From contig JAWLBL010000002.1 in assembly GCA_041687695.1 (NCBI GenBank), forward strand, positions 198,761 through 262,760: a stretch of DNA of 64,000 nt. The letters are read 5' to 3'. Source of the stretch: Myxococcota bacterium. GTDB taxonomy: Bacteria; Myxococcota_A; UBA9042; PHBI01; JAWLBL01. Position numbers and translations under genes: made by a program. This document shows positions 63,078 to 64,000 of the stretch, piece by piece. The notes under the pieces are model-generated. The model worked only from the letters and a program-made list of their open reading frames with translations. It was not told where the DNA came from and searched no databases. How positions within the stretch are numbered: the stretch's first letter is position 1; each line of letters begins with the position of its first letter.

Positions 63078-64000
63078 ATGACCCTGATTCACCCGGGCCG
63101 GCTCCGCGCCGCGCTCGGCGCCGCGGCGCTCGTCGCCTTCGGCGCCGGGTGCATGACCGACACCTACCGCATCCCGCACGAGGCGCTGCACCGCGTGGTC
63201 GACAGGGATCCGGTCGACCGAGGCGTGAACCTGCGCGTCGTGCAGCGCATCGGCCCCGTCTCCGAGCCGGGCGCCGCGCACCCCGGCGCTTTCGTCGCCT
63301 ACGAGCAGGCCTGCGCCGAGGACCCCGGCTGCGCCGCCGCGCACCTGGTGGACGCCGCCATCGAGGTGCCGAGCCGCTCGCGCCTGGCCCTTTACCGCAA
63401 GCGGCTCGGCCCGGCGCCCGAGTGGCGCCCCAACCGCCCGCCGCCCCCGCCGTCGGGCGGGCCGACCACCACCGGGACGCGCCCGCCCCCCATCGCGCGC
63501 GGCGACGTGACCTCCGGCCGCTCGACCGCCCAGGTCCTGCAGGGCATCAGCGGCGACAAGGACGCCGCCATCCTGCTGGTCGCCCTGGCCGCGGTCGGCA
63601 CCGTGGCCCTCGCCGCCACCGAGGGCAGCCGCTACGACGGCTGGGTGACGGTCGACCCCAACCACCCGGTCCACCTCATCCACCGCGACGGCACGACCGA
63701 GACGCTGCCGCTCGCGCAGCTCGAGGCCAGCGATCTCCGCGGCGCCCCCGAAGCCGTCATCCGCCTGGACGAGGGCCGCGGCGCCTACATCGAGGGGCGG
63801 GCGCCGCTGTCGCGGCAGGGCTTCACCTGGAAGATGGAGGGCGGCGCCCTCGAGGTGCCGCTGGCCGAAGGCGTCAGCGGCATCGGGCCGGCGGCGACGA
63901 TGCAGCTGGGTTACTTCCCGACCCAGTACCTGGGCCTGCTGGCGACCCTGTCGCTGACCGGCGGGTCCGAGCACGGCGGCGAGTACTTCGCCTCGCGCTA
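63078..64000 (+). CDS. Hypothetical lipoprotein, runs off the window end
   Basis: GAGG RBS; manual translation MTLIHPGRLRAALGAAALVAFGAGC (lipobox)...; absent from the ORF track because there is no stop in the window. Confidence 0.75.
   Translation, partial: MTLIHPGRLRAALGAAALVAFGAGCMTDTYRIPHEALHRVVDRDPVDRGVNLRVVQRIGPVSEPGAAHPGAFVAYEQACAEDPGCAAAHLVDAAIEVPSRSRLALYRKRLGPAPEWRPNRPPPPPSGGPTTTGTRPPPIARGDVTSGRSTAQVLQGISGDKDAAILLVALAAVGTVALAATEGSRYDGWVTVDPNHPVHLIHRDGTTETLPLAQLEASDLRGAPEAVIRLDEGRGAYIEGRAPLSRQGFTWKMEGGALEVPLAEGVSGIGPAATMQLGYFPTQYLGLLATLSLTGGSEHGGEYFASR

Overview
Very GC-rich bacterial window, most likely Myxococcota, judged from a MYXO-CTERM anchor, many Cys-rich lipoproteins, a kinase/sigma54-activator hybrid and a Myxococcus-type LexA box. 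In order it holds: a 4445-aa surface protein with nested domain insertions; REP-like repeat arrays; a MOSC protein; a 1767-aa Ser/Thr kinase-ATPase-TPR-GAF-sigma54 activator that lacks the usual C-terminal HTH but has a transposase-like Zn-ribbon/HTH at its N-terminus, facing a sigma54 promoter; a 10-gene CgeB/epimerase/methyltransferase glycan cassette; a sigma54-type propeller-barrel-propeller envelope operon; a Cys-rich lipoprotein; a four-gene operon (large membrane-anchored protein plus three MIDAS-less vWA-like lipoprotein paralogues with GltF/CglF-like motifs); tandem cation:proton antiporters; a putatively LexA-controlled degenerate SplB-like radical SAM protein with a clamp-binding tail; a cytochrome c/VKOR-DsbA/SDR/murI operon; exonuclease-WYL, argR, LON-N, argG; Uma2; and two unknown genes behind a Fur box. 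No CRISPR array, rRNA, tRNA or intact transposase was seen. All family calls come from motif recognition by eye, not from database searches.
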